A stretch of 64,000 nt of DNA from Planctomycetota bacterium (GCA_965223265.1 OZ244999.1:416001-480000); one strand, 5' to 3'; shown: positions 20,521 through 29,742, counted from the first letter of the stretch. Notes: generated from the letters alone by a model not told the origin. A program made the numbers and translations.

Positions 20521-21795
20521 TCAGGAATCCGGGTCTGCGTCGAGCACCCGATCCTTCACCCAACGTGAGAACGCAGGTCGCGCCGCAGTTACGAGCTCGA
20601 TCACAGCGGCGGCTTCACCGGCATCGCGCTCTGCCTCGTCTCCTCTCCAAATCTTCGTCAGCGCTGACGACACGCTGGAGTGCGACTCCAAGGCGCATGG
20701 ATCGACGGAGTGCAGGGCCGCGGCGACGCCGAGGGCGAATCGTCTCGGGCGCGTGCCAGCACCCAGTGCATGCCGCATGACACCGACGAGTCGGTCGTTC
20801 CAGCCGAGCTTTCTCTCAGGGTCGCGGGTGAGGCGTGAGACCAGGTCTCGCAGGTGCGGGTTCAGCATGCGAGCTAGCAGGTCGTCGACATAGCGGGCGA
20901 ATCCCGTTTCCGTGAAGAGATCGGCGCTGCCGCGCCAGCGCCCTTTCAGCATTGATCCCGACTCGTCGATGAAGGCGTCGCGGAGAAACTGCGTGCTGCC
21001 GGGAATGCCCGCGAGCTCGGCGACGTGCACACAGCCAAGCGCTGCCGCCAGATATCCTGCGAGCGCGTGGGTGGCGTTGTGGCCGTAGAGCTTTGCTTCC
21101 TCGAACGGAATGAGCGAGGGGCGCTCGTCCAGGAAATCGAGGCCGCGGTGGAAGCTCGCCTCGACGGCGAAGCGAATCGGTGAGGTGAGAATGTGGCGAA
21201 AAGACTCGACGAGAAACGCCCGCGGGAATCCCGGCGTCATCGGTCTTATGGACTCCGTGCGCATCTCTTCCGGATCAGTGATGACGACGCTCATTTTTCC
21301 GATCACCGTGTCGACGATCGCCGTCAGTTTGGGCCACGCGCCGCTTCTTTCTCCGCTTGCGGCGGCGAGCAGCGTGCGCCTCAGCTCAGCAGCGGCGGCG
21401 ATGTGGTTCTCCGCGGTGTAGATGACCACCGGATGCTCGCGTCGCGCCAGCCCCGCCGCTAGGATGCGGTGTAGACTTCCCTCGCCGTCCGTAGCGTAGA
21501 GCTTGACGCTCGGAACGGCGGTGGCGATTTCATTCGCCTCGCTAACCGCGGCGACGAGCTGCTCGCGATCACCGGCGTTTGTTGGGTTGTAGATTTCGAT
21601 CGGGCCGACGTCGATTGTCTCGACGGCATCAAGGTGGGCGACGTTGACGCTGTAGTATCCACCGTTGTTGCGTACCGCCTCGATCACCTCCGGCAGAACC
21701 TCAGCGATGACTAGGCGGCGGAAGTTTCCCGAGCGATGCGCTTCGAGCGCGAAGAGCCCAGCTTGAATGGCTCCGAAGCCAAAGCCAACGAACGT
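20521..21795 (-). CDS. Mannitol-1-phosphate 5-dehydrogenase-like protein; 5' end frameshifted or non-canonical
   Basis: The frame of ORF 20521..21687 continues upstream to TFVGFGFGAIQAGLF (Rossmann motif), bounded by an in-frame TGA at 21796-21798; also TAENH, DTVIGKMS, EAKLYGHNATHA, RKLGWNDRL. Confidence 0.75.
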   Translation of the reverse strand, partial: TFVGFGFGAIQAGLFALEAHRSGNFRRLVIAEVLPEVIEAVRNNGGYYSVNVAHLDAVETIDVGPIEIYNPTNAGDREQLVAAVSEANEIATAVPSVKLYATDGEGSLHRILAAGLARREHPVVIYTAENHIAAAAELRRTLLAAASGERSGAWPKLTAIVDTVIGKMSVVITDPEEMRTESIRPMTPGFPRAFLVESFRHILTSPIRFAVEASFHRGLDFLDERPSLIPFEEAKLYGHNATHALAGYLAAALGCVHVAELAGIPGSTQFLRDAFIDESGSMLKGRWRGSADLFTETGFARYVDDLLARMLNPHLRDLVSRLTRDPERKLGWNDRLVGVMRHALGAGTRPRRFALGVAAALHSVDPCALESHSSVSSALTKIWRGDEAERDAGEAAAVIELVTAARPAFSRWVKDRVLDADPDS

Positions 21796-21824
21796 TCAGA
21801 GTCGCGTTCAGAGTCGCGTTCAGA
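21793..21824. repeat. 12-bp tandem repeat CGTTCAGAGTCG x2.7
   Basis: cgttcagagtcg cgttcagagtcg cgttcaga. Confidence 0.9.
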
Positions 21825-22115
21825 TCTGTCATGGCACCTTGATGAAACGAGTGCGCTGTGCTCTTAAGCAGGTCAAGCGATCGGCAGAGTTTTGGTGAGA
21901 TTTACGAGCGGCTGGAGCGCCGGTCGCCGCAGCGTAGCACAGGCGCGGATGATCAGAAAGCCGGTGATTTCATCTTCGCGGCCGATTCGAGCCTGCTAAA
22001 ATACCGAGCTTTGACCGCATTGTCTCCCGACGTCCGTTTGATCGCGCTCGTTTGCCCGTCGCTGTCGGACGCAGGGTGAACTGCGATCGATCGAGTTGAT
22101 CCGGTGAGGTGAGTC

Positions 22116-23561
22116 GTGTTAGATCCCCGGGACCATGAAGACCAGAGGCGTGGACTCCCGTGTTCGTACCGCGCCAACGCCCTCACTCTCTGCATCGCTT
22201 CGGTTTCGCTGTTCGGTGTGACAAGTCTCGCCGGCGCGGACTGGCCGATTTGGCTGGGGCCAAACCAGGACGGGACGTTCCATGAGCCGGGATGGCTCAA
22301 AGAGTGGCCAGATGGAGGCCCGCCTCGCGTCTTCACCAAGCCGATCGGAGAAGGCTACAGCTCCGTCTCCGTCGCCGAGGGAATCCTCGTTCTGTTTCAC
22401 CGCATCGGTGATCAGCTGCACATCGACGCGCTCGATCCGCTCGACGGAGAGCGCAAGTGGCGCTACAGCTATCCGACGGACTACCGCGACCGCTACCAGT
22501 ACAGCGGCGGACCACGGTGTTGTCCTTTGATCGACGTGCACGTGCAGCCGCGCCGCGTGTACACGCTGGGGTCGAAGGGGGTCATGACCTGTCTGGAGCT
22601 TGATTCGGGCCGAAAAATTTGGCAGCGAGATCTTCAGGCTGAGTATGAGATTCAACCGAATTTCTTCGGCGTCGGTGCCGCGCCGACGCTTTACAAGGAG
22701 AGCATCATCGTCAACCTCGGTGGCACGGATCCTGGCACGGGGATGACGCTCGCCCTCGACAAAACATCCGGCGCGGAAAAGTGGAAGAGTCCAACCGGTG
22801 GCGGCGGTTACGCTGCGGCGCGCGTCGCGGCGATCTACGGTCTCGACCACTTGTTGATTTTTCATCGCACTGGAATGACGAGCTTCGATCCCGCCGATGG
22901 AGCGCCGCGATGGGAGTTTCCGTGGTACTCGCGTGATTACGAATCTGTCAACGCTGCGACTCCGGTCGTCGTCGGTGACCACGTTTTTTTTTCCGCCACC
23001 TATGGTACCGGCGGGGTCTTACTGCGTGTGAAATCGGGTGGCGACGGTAGCGAGTACGAGACGGTGTGGAAGGATGATCTCAGGTCGCGAGAGAAGATTC
23101 TCGATACCCACTGGTCGACGGCGATCCATGTCGACGGGTATCTCTACGGCTTTGCCGGACGCCATGAAGGCAGTGCCACGCTCCGCTGCGTCGAGCTCAA
23201 GAGCGGGCAGGTAAAGTGGAGTTGGCGCAGCTATCTTGGTCGCGGGGTCCTTCTCCACTCCGAGGGACATTTCATCGCGCTCGGGGAACGCGGAGATCTC
23301 TCTCTCTTCAAGTTGACGCCGATGGGATATGAAGAGATGCGCCGGATCCCTCGTGTCCTGAAGTGGCCTGCCTGGAGCGTGCCGACCGTCGCCCAAGGTC
23401 TACTCTACCTGCGCGACGAAGAGAAACTCGTTTGCCTGGACCTGCGATCGCCGACCCGAGCTGGTTCGCCGGAGAAGGGGCGCGATACTCAGCCATCGAA
23501 GGAGCGGGCTGAGCAGCCGGCGGCCCCTACCGCGCCGAACGCGACCCCCGCAGATTCGTGA
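22116..23561 (+). CDS. Secreted PQQ-like beta-propeller repeat protein
   Basis: Signal peptide then ADWPIWLGP, GEGYSS, repeated G..W blades, LYLRDE; start uncertain. Confidence 0.85.
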   Translation: MLDPRDHEDQRRGLPCSYRANALTLCIASVSLFGVTSLAGADWPIWLGPNQDGTFHEPGWLKEWPDGGPPRVFTKPIGEGYSSVSVAEGILVLFHRIGDQLHIDALDPLDGERKWRYSYPTDYRDRYQYSGGPRCCPLIDVHVQPRRVYTLGSKGVMTCLELDSGRKIWQRDLQAEYEIQPNFFGVGAAPTLYKESIIVNLGGTDPGTGMTLALDKTSGAEKWKSPTGGGGYAAARVAAIYGLDHLLIFHRTGMTSFDPADGAPRWEFPWYSRDYESVNAATPVVVGDHVFFSATYGTGGVLLRVKSGGDGSEYETVWKDDLRSREKILDTHWSTAIHVDGYLYGFAGRHEGSATLRCVELKSGQVKWSWRSYLGRGVLLHSEGHFIALGERGDLSLFKLTPMGYEEMRRIPRVLKWPAWSVPTVAQGLLYLRDEEKLVCLDLRSPTRAGSPEKGRDTQPSKERAEQPAAPTAPNATPADS

Positions 23562-23581
23562 GCTCATCGAGGAGAGCGCCG

Positions 23582-24463
23582 ATGACCGCTCACAACGTCC
23601 TTGCCGTCGGTGAGGTGCTTTGGGACTCTCTCCCTGAGGGGCTCTTTCTCGGCGGCGCCACGTTCAACGTCTGTTGTCACTTGAGATCGCTGGGTCACAC
23701 TGGAGTCTTACTCTCTAGCGTTGGTGACGACGTGCTCGGAGAGGAAGTGAAGCGTCGCATGCAGATGGTCGATATGCCGAGCTTCGCGCTTGGTGTTGTG
23801 CCCGACCAGCCGACCGGACGTGTGATCGTCGAGCTCGACTCCAGCGGTGTGCCGACGTACGACATCCTCGCTCCGGCGGCGTGGGACTTCATCGAATTCG
23901 GCGGTGAGGCGGCACGGTTTCTCCAAGAGGCAGAAGTTGTCGTTTTCGGTTCACTGGCACAGCGTAGCGAGAAGAGTCGAGCCGCGATCCGTTCAGCATG
24001 GAAGGCCTCGGCGCTGAAGTGTTTCGATGTGAATCTGCGCCCGCCCTACGACGATCGAGAGGTGGTGCTCGAGTCGCTCGCCGCCGCCGATTTCGTCAAA
24101 GCAAACGACGACGAGCTCCGCCAGCTCTCGGATTGGATCGGACTGACAGCGACGACGGCGCCTGAGATGCTCGACGGACTCTGCGGCCAGTTCAATATCG
24201 CGACGTTTTGCGTCACCCGCGGCGGCCGCGGCGCGCTGCTGCGAAACGGCGGCGAGATTTTCGAGCATCCCGGCTACGACGTCGTGGTGGCCGACACCGT
24301 TGGCGCTGGAGACGCGTTCCTTGCCGGCTTTCTCGATGCATATTTTCGCGGTGAGCCGCCGCCTGAGTGGCTGGCGTGGGGAAATCGCTGCGGTGCCTAT
24401 GTCGCTACGGCGCGCGGCGCGACTCCGCCACTTGAGCGTGCACGCGTCGCTGAGATCGCTTAG
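23582..24463 (+). CDS. PfkB family carbohydrate kinase (fructokinase-like)
   Basis: GEVLWD, GGATFNV, FDVNLRPP, DTVGAGDAF. Confidence 0.92.
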   Translation: MTAHNVLAVGEVLWDSLPEGLFLGGATFNVCCHLRSLGHTGVLLSSVGDDVLGEEVKRRMQMVDMPSFALGVVPDQPTGRVIVELDSSGVPTYDILAPAAWDFIEFGGEAARFLQEAEVVVFGSLAQRSEKSRAAIRSAWKASALKCFDVNLRPPYDDREVVLESLAAADFVKANDDELRQLSDWIGLTATTAPEMLDGLCGQFNIATFCVTRGGRGALLRNGGEIFEHPGYDVVVADTVGAGDAFLAGFLDAYFRGEPPPEWLAWGNRCGAYVATARGATPPLERARVAEIA

Positions 24464-24623
24464 CAGCCTGTTGAAAAAGTGCTTCGAGCCGAAAACTGGT
24501 CTCTTCGCGTCCAGATCGGCCGCGGCAAACGCAGGCAATCTTCGGGATTATCGAGTATTGACGCGGTCGATCTGGGCGTGAAGAGGCCAGTTTCCTCGGC
24601 CGAATGACTTTTTCAACGGGCTG
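24464..24623 (+). mobile_element. 160-bp MITE, copy 1
   Basis: 17-bp TIRs CAGCCTGTTGAAAAAGT / ACTTTTTCAACGGGCTG (1 mismatch), flanked by direct repeat TTAG (24460-24463, 24624-24627); long internal stem. Confidence 0.88.
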
Positions 24624-25204
24624 TTAGCGGCCGGCGAAGGCGAGGCAGACACGGCGGTTTCTTCTTGCGATCGGCTGAGAAGCGCATCGCTCGCAAGTTG
24701 TGCGCGCAGCAGCGGCAGGATGTCGAGAGTGCTTTCTTCGTGAAACGTGATGCGCGTCGCCAGCGCTTCACCCTTGTACCGCGGAAGCGGCGCCGCCCAG
24801 GGGTTCCACGTCGCAAACACGAGACCGCAGGAATGCCGTATGCGACTCCAAACCACTAACTCGACGCTGCTGGGATCGTTCGCATCTCCGACGACAGTCA
24901 CTTCTTTGCTAATGTGGGTGCGCAGCGGGTCTCGTCTGTCCGGATCGATCGCGGCGAGAAGAACGGTGCGTCCGTCCGCCAGCTCAACCGTCACGTCGCT
25001 TGCGTTTTGCGCCACGTCGACGACGGTCGTGCGGCCGGTTGGTCGGTTGTCGTAGGAACCGCGACTGAAGGGACCCTCTGTCACTACAACGAGGCCAAGG
25101 ACGCAGAGGAGCGGCACGATGATCGCAATCTGAAGGATCTGAATGATGGGGAAGCGTCGATAGGGGACTTCGAGATGGCAGGAATCAGGATTCGTCATGG
25201 TCAT
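24548..25204 (-). CDS. Hypothetical membrane-anchored protein; C-terminus reads into the MITE
   Basis: N-terminal TM helix; VVDV..VELADGRTVLLAAIDP loosely recalls the SNase OB-fold; last ~25 codons lie in MITE copy 1. Confidence 0.5.
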   Translation of the reverse strand: MTMTNPDSCHLEVPYRRFPIIQILQIAIIVPLLCVLGLVVVTEGPFSRGSYDNRPTGRTTVVDVAQNASDVTVELADGRTVLLAAIDPDRRDPLRTHISKEVTVVGDANDPSSVELVVWSRIRHSCGLVFATWNPWAAPLPRYKGEALATRITFHEESTLDILPLLRAQLASDALLSRSQEETAVSASPSPAANSPLKKSFGRGNWPLHAQIDRVNTR

Positions 25205-25364
25205 CGTCCATGCTCAAACACAGCTCCAGCTGCAGGATCTCGGACTTCGCGTTCTGGTAACGCCTGCGACTACCGCTAAGTCGAGCTGCGAAGTGTCCCT
25301 GTTGCATTTAGATTGCGACATGCGGGGAATGCCACCTGCCCGTCCGAACGCGCATCTAGCCTAG

Positions 25365-25524
25365 CAGCCCGTTGAAAAAGTGCTTCGAGCCGAAAACTGG
25401 TCTCTTCGCGTCCAGATCGGCCGCGGCAAACGCAGGCAATCTTCGGGATTTTCGAGTATTGACGCGGTCGAGCTGGGCGTGAAGAGACCAGTTTCCTCGG
25501 CCGAATGACTTTTTCAACGGGCTG
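25365..25524 (+). mobile_element. 160-bp MITE, copy 2
   Basis: Perfect 17-bp TIRs CAGCCCGTTGAAAAAGT / ACTTTTTCAACGGGCTG, direct repeat CTAG (25361-25364, 25525-25528); 4 substitutions versus copy 1. Confidence 0.9.
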
Positions 25525-25555
25525 CTAGCCCAGCAGCCGCTGTGTCGTCGCTTCC

Positions 25556-27097
25556 CTACGGCAGCTCCCGCACCATGACATTGCGGTACTGAACGACACT
25601 GCCATCGTGGTGCTGCTGGAAGGCGAAGTGGCCTTGTTTGAGCTCGAGGTACTCGCTGATCTGGTCACGCTGCCGGGTTAGCTTGGTCCGTTCTTCATCC
25701 GACTGTGCCGCTGCCAGGCTCGCCTTCACGCGCTCTAACTTTTGCTGCATGTCGACGTCAACGACCGGTGCGTCATCGATTCTGATGACGATCCTGTCGC
25801 CAGTGCAAATGATGTGCTGCGTGAACCACGTATCGTTTTTCGTGTAGGCCTCGAACACCTTCTCGAAGTGGTAGAGACTCCCCGATCGAACGGGGTCGCC
25901 GTGCGACGCGTTCACTTGCGCCTCGTAGCCAAATGGCCATGACTCGCTGAGCTCGGCACGAAAGTACATGCCGCTGTTGCTGTCGGCGCTGACTTTGACG
26001 TCCGCCTTGAACTCGAAGTTCTTGTAATCGCCGCGTGGGCTGAAGATATGCCCCTTCTTACCCGTTCCCGTCAGCACTCTGCCGTCGAACTTCCAGTTGG
26101 CGCCTTCTTTTCGGATCCACTTCGGGAACGTCTCCGCATCGAGAATCGTCTGCCATTCGCCAGCGTTTCCCGGGGCTCGATAGAGCGATGGTAGAACTCC
26201 GGGCTCAGGCTGCCCGGCGGGCGACTTGCGCCGCGGTGCGACGAGCCACGCAGGGTCGAAGTCGACGCTGGCGCCTGCCGACGGGATGTCCGCCTTCGCG
26301 GTCCACAAAATGCCGTTGACGAGGAGGCGGCGGAAGTTCACGGCCTCGAAACTCTTATGAAAGTGCGCCCCGGTGTAGCCAAAGGAGCGGCCACCGTCTG
26401 GTCGTTCGTAGGCCCACGCGACGCGGCGATCGAAGTCGCCGTCTTTGTCAGGGATGCGCCCGACGACGATCGGCTGGGTGTACGGCATGAAGCGCAGGTT
26501 GAAGTAGATCTCGTCGTGCTGCGTCCACGGGGTGAGTCCGGTCGAAACAGGATGCGCGACGTTGGCGAGGCGTAGGGTGACAGTGTTGTGTGGGTTGCGG
26601 GAGTATCCCGTGTCGTAGAAAGCGCCAAGGCATTCCATGTAAACGTCGCCCAGGCCCTTCTTCTCCAGTTCCGGACGAATGTCACAGGCGAAGTGGAGCG
26701 TGGAGTATCCCATGCCACGGCGGATTTGTTCGAGAAAGAGCGAGCGCCTGTCGGCATCAGCGAGGACGAAATCGCCTCCCCACGAACAGAAGAGATGCAT
26801 GGCGTCGGCTCCGCGTACTTGCTCGGCCGTCGGAAACCCATTGATGGCGACGGCTTCCACATCAGGGTGTTGGTTCAAGCAAGCCGCCAGAACGCGGTTG
26901 CCGTGCAGATATTCATGCTCGCCGTAGCGGTGACTGGGATGAGTTCCGACGAGGAGAATCTTCTTTGGTGCCGCCGAAGCTATCGCGTTTGAGACGAAGA
27001 CGAGACCGAGTACGAGCAGGGCGCGGCGCCACCATGGGACGCCGGCGGGAGATGTGTTGTCGTTCGCGCGCGATGTTTCTGGAACTTGCGTCAGCAT
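25556..27097 (-). CDS. Secreted ThuA-like + DUF1080 (3-keto-disaccharide hydrolase-like) protein
   Basis: Signal peptide; ThuA-like HEY..DEIYF..WAYERPDGGRSFGYTGAH; DUF1080 NSGMYFR, GYEAQ, GSLY, GHFAFQQH; start taken at ATG 27097. Confidence 0.82.
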   Translation of the reverse strand: MLTQVPETSRANDNTSPAGVPWWRRALLVLGLVFVSNAIASAAPKKILLVGTHPSHRYGEHEYLHGNRVLAACLNQHPDVEAVAINGFPTAEQVRGADAMHLFCSWGGDFVLADADRRSLFLEQIRRGMGYSTLHFACDIRPELEKKGLGDVYMECLGAFYDTGYSRNPHNTVTLRLANVAHPVSTGLTPWTQHDEIYFNLRFMPYTQPIVVGRIPDKDGDFDRRVAWAYERPDGGRSFGYTGAHFHKSFEAVNFRRLLVNGILWTAKADIPSAGASVDFDPAWLVAPRRKSPAGQPEPGVLPSLYRAPGNAGEWQTILDAETFPKWIRKEGANWKFDGRVLTGTGKKGHIFSPRGDYKNFEFKADVKVSADSNSGMYFRAELSESWPFGYEAQVNASHGDPVRSGSLYHFEKVFEAYTKNDTWFTQHIICTGDRIVIRIDDAPVVDVDMQQKLERVKASLAAAQSDEERTKLTRQRDQISEYLELKQGHFAFQQHHDGSVVQYRNVMVRELP

Positions 27098-27298
27098 GAG
27101 CGGAGCATCCTTCTCAGACGGTCGTTGTATGATCACTAGAAGATTGTGAACAGGCTGGTCGAGCTGGCCGTGGTGGGCGGAGAGATCCCTCGCCGAGTCA
27201 TCTGTACCCGGTCCACCGGTTGACTTCAAACGTTTCACCTGGCGTTGGCGACGCGCCGCGGTAGGATTCGGTAGAGCGTCGACTCACAAAGGAGCCAC

Positions 27299-28477
27299 AT
27301 GGGACAGCGACCCAATCCGCGCCACGGCGACCCGCCTTCCGCATCGATTTGCTCCACTTGCCTGTCGAGATTCCTCCTGCCGGTCGTTTGGACGGCCCTC
27401 TTCGCTGCGCCGGATCTCACTGCGGCTGAGGACCTGCCGCCGGCGGAGCGGAGCCGCAAGAATGCGCGTCCATGGGCGCGGTTGCCGGTTCTCGGCCTCG
27501 GCGTGGAGCGAGCCGAGGATGGAGTGACGTATCGCCTCGTAGAGTCAGGTTCCGATGCTGAGTCGAACACTCTCTTTGTTGGGCGGCTTGACGAATGCGA
27601 CATCAAGCTCGTATCTGAGCTCGAGCGGCGACACGGCACCGGCCGTACGAACTGGCCGCTCTGGACCGCCGGTGGTCGCCAGTTTTGGGCCGACGAGTTT
27701 GTGTCGTGTGGTTGGCGCATCCAGCGTCACGTTGGCACGGGTCACCACCGACTTCTCGATCCAGGCAACGTGAGGCGAGCATGGGGAGATTATGCGGGTT
27801 GTCGTGTGGTTTACGAGAAGGAACGCGTGGCGCGGCGCTTGACGCCTCGGAGCCGTCGACTGGTTGTCTTGGCGCACGGTCTTCTACGATCCCGTGCGTC
27901 ATTTCGTCCTCTTCGTGAGGAGCTCGCTCTGTCGGGCTTCGAGGTCATCGATTTTGGCTACCCAAGCACACGTGCGAGCATCGAAGAGCATGCCGCGCAG
28001 CTCGGTCGCGTTCTGGACCGGACGAGTGGTGTCGACTCGGTCTCGTTCGTAACCCACAGCCTCGGCGGCTTGGTCGTTCGTCACTTGCTCGCACGACCTG
28101 ACTCCTGGCGTGAACGCCTGAAGGTTGACCGCTTTGTGATGATCGCGCCGCCGAATCGAGGCAGTCGGTTGGCGGAGCGTCTCGAGCACAGTTTCCTCTT
28201 CAATCTCGTCACCGGCCGCGCCGGAGGTCAGTTGACACGCGCCGCCGTCGCGAAGATCCCGCTGCCAAGCTGTTCGTTCGGTGTCATTGCTGGAAGTGGT
28301 GGGCTGAATCCGCTGCTTCCCGGCGACGATGATTGGGTCGTCACCGTTGACACGACGCGCCTCGCCGGCAGCGACGATTTTCTCCAGGTGCGCCACGGCC
28401 ACACGAAGATCTTACAGCGCCGCGCCGTCATACGAGCGACGCTCAGTTTCTTGCGTTTCGGGCGTTTTCTGCCGTAG
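27299..28477 (+). CDS. Alpha/beta hydrolase (lipase/esterase-like)
   Basis: LAHGL, THSLGG nucleophile elbow, PPNRGS, DDWVV, catalytic His in HGHT. Confidence 0.85.
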   Translation: MGQRPNPRHGDPPSASICSTCLSRFLLPVVWTALFAAPDLTAAEDLPPAERSRKNARPWARLPVLGLGVERAEDGVTYRLVESGSDAESNTLFVGRLDECDIKLVSELERRHGTGRTNWPLWTAGGRQFWADEFVSCGWRIQRHVGTGHHRLLDPGNVRRAWGDYAGCRVVYEKERVARRLTPRSRRLVVLAHGLLRSRASFRPLREELALSGFEVIDFGYPSTRASIEEHAAQLGRVLDRTSGVDSVSFVTHSLGGLVVRHLLARPDSWRERLKVDRFVMIAPPNRGSRLAERLEHSFLFNLVTGRAGGQLTRAAVAKIPLPSCSFGVIAGSGGLNPLLPGDDDWVVTVDTTRLAGSDDFLQVRHGHTKILQRRAVIRATLSFLRFGRFLP

Positions 28478-28548
28478 CCCGTCGACAGTGCGGTCGACAT
28501 TCGACTCAGGACCCGACCCGACCGCGAGGTCTGCCTTTGTTCGTGCGC

Positions 28549-29391
28549 CTATTCGGCCGCACCCGCAGAGGGGCAATGACGCGCCAGAGTGCAGTCGTCG
28601 CAGAGCGGTTTCTTGGCCTTGCAAACGGCGCGGCCGTGAAGGATCACAGCGTGGGAGAAGTACGTCCAGTGCTTGCGCGGCAATACTTCGGTGAGGTCAG
28701 CCTCGATCTTCACCGCGTCCTTGGTGTCTTTGCTGGACCACGTCAAATCGAGCCGCCACGCGATGCGGCCCACGTGGGTGTCGACGACAACGCCGTCATT
28801 TTGTCCGAACCAGGTCCCAAGGATCACGTTCGCCGTCTTGCGAGCGACGCCGGGGAGCGTGATCAGTTCGTCCATTGTGGAGGGCACTTCGCCGCCGAAA
28901 GTCTCGACGATCTGCTGACACGCCGCTCTGATGTTCTTAGCCTTCTGGCGAAAGAACCCCGTTGAGTGAATCAACGTCTCGAGCTCGTCGAGGTCGGCTG
29001 CGGCAAACTCGGTGGCGTTTTGGTAGCGTTCGAAGAGCGCCGGAGTGACGCGATTGACGTTCGCGTCGGTCGACTGTGCTGAGAGGATCGTCGCCACCAA
29101 GAGTTCAAGAGCGTTCGTGTGGTGAAGCGCACAGTTTGCCTCGCGGTAGCGGCGTTTTAGCGCCCGCAAGATTTTTAGCGCCCGATCTTTGCGCTCTTCC
29201 GCCCGTCGAGTGTCCGGCGCTGATTTCGCTCTCTTTTTTTGTTTCGCTTGGCGCGCAGCAGGTCTCTTCTTCTTCGGCGCAGCTTTTTTTGTCGTGCGCT
29301 TTCTTGTCGAAGTTTCGCCTCCAGTTGCGCGGCTCGTCTTTTGGCGCTTTTTCTTCGAGGTGGTGCGTTTCTTTTTTGTCGATGAAGGCAT
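28549..29391 (-). CDS. nth: Endonuclease III with Lys-rich N-terminal extension
   Basis: LLVATILSAQSTD, HhH LPGVARKTANV, VDTHV, C-x6-C-x2-C-x5-C FeS motif. Confidence 0.94.
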   Translation of the reverse strand: MPSSTKKKRTTSKKKRQKTSRATGGETSTRKRTTKKAAPKKKRPAARQAKQKKRAKSAPDTRRAEERKDRALKILRALKRRYREANCALHHTNALELLVATILSAQSTDANVNRVTPALFERYQNATEFAAADLDELETLIHSTGFFRQKAKNIRAACQQIVETFGGEVPSTMDELITLPGVARKTANVILGTWFGQNDGVVVDTHVGRIAWRLDLTWSSKDTKDAVKIEADLTEVLPRKHWTYFSHAVILHGRAVCKAKKPLCDDCTLARHCPSAGAAE

Positions 29392-29503
29392 GCGCGCCTC
29401 AGGGAGTGCCGTGTTCGTGCTTCGATGTCCCGAAATCCTGACTCAGGCGCGGCGCGAATTCAAGTCAGGCGGTGGAATTGGCGAGTCGCTGGTCGTCGAC
29501 TTC

Positions 29504-29699
29504 ACGGAGTCAGACGCAGAGTCAGATACAGATACGGAGCCAGACGCAGAGTCAGATACAGATACGGAGCCAGACGCAGAGTCAGATACAGATACGGAGC
29601 CAGACGCAGAGTCAGATACAGATACAGATACAGGTGGCCGGCACGCCCACGCCCACTCCCACGCCCACGCCCACTCCCACGCCCACTCCCACGCCCACG
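29504..29699. repeat. Bipartite hexamer-based array: 30-bp unit x4 followed by (CACGCC/CACTCC)n
   Basis: ACGGAG(T/C)CAGACGCAGAGTCAGATACAGAT x4 plus extra GATACA units (29504-29633), then CACGCC/CACTCC hexamers (29642-29699). Confidence 0.92.
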
Positions 29700-29742
29700 G
29701 CGCTTGATGCGCTTCTCTTTCGCAACAACGGGAGACGACGTC

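Noticed and set aside
21796-21831. In-frame TGA codons as selenocysteine or an alternative genetic code
   Set aside because: They arise from the 12-bp repeat, are not at a Cys-equivalent site, and TGA is used as a normal stop throughout the window
24460-25528. Autonomous IS or integron cassette array
   Set aside because: No transposase or integrase; ends are TIR plus 4-bp duplication rather than a convincing attC cassette organisation
29504-29633. 30-bp repeats as a CRISPR array
   Set aside because: Units are directly adjacent with no unique spacers, and there are no cas genes
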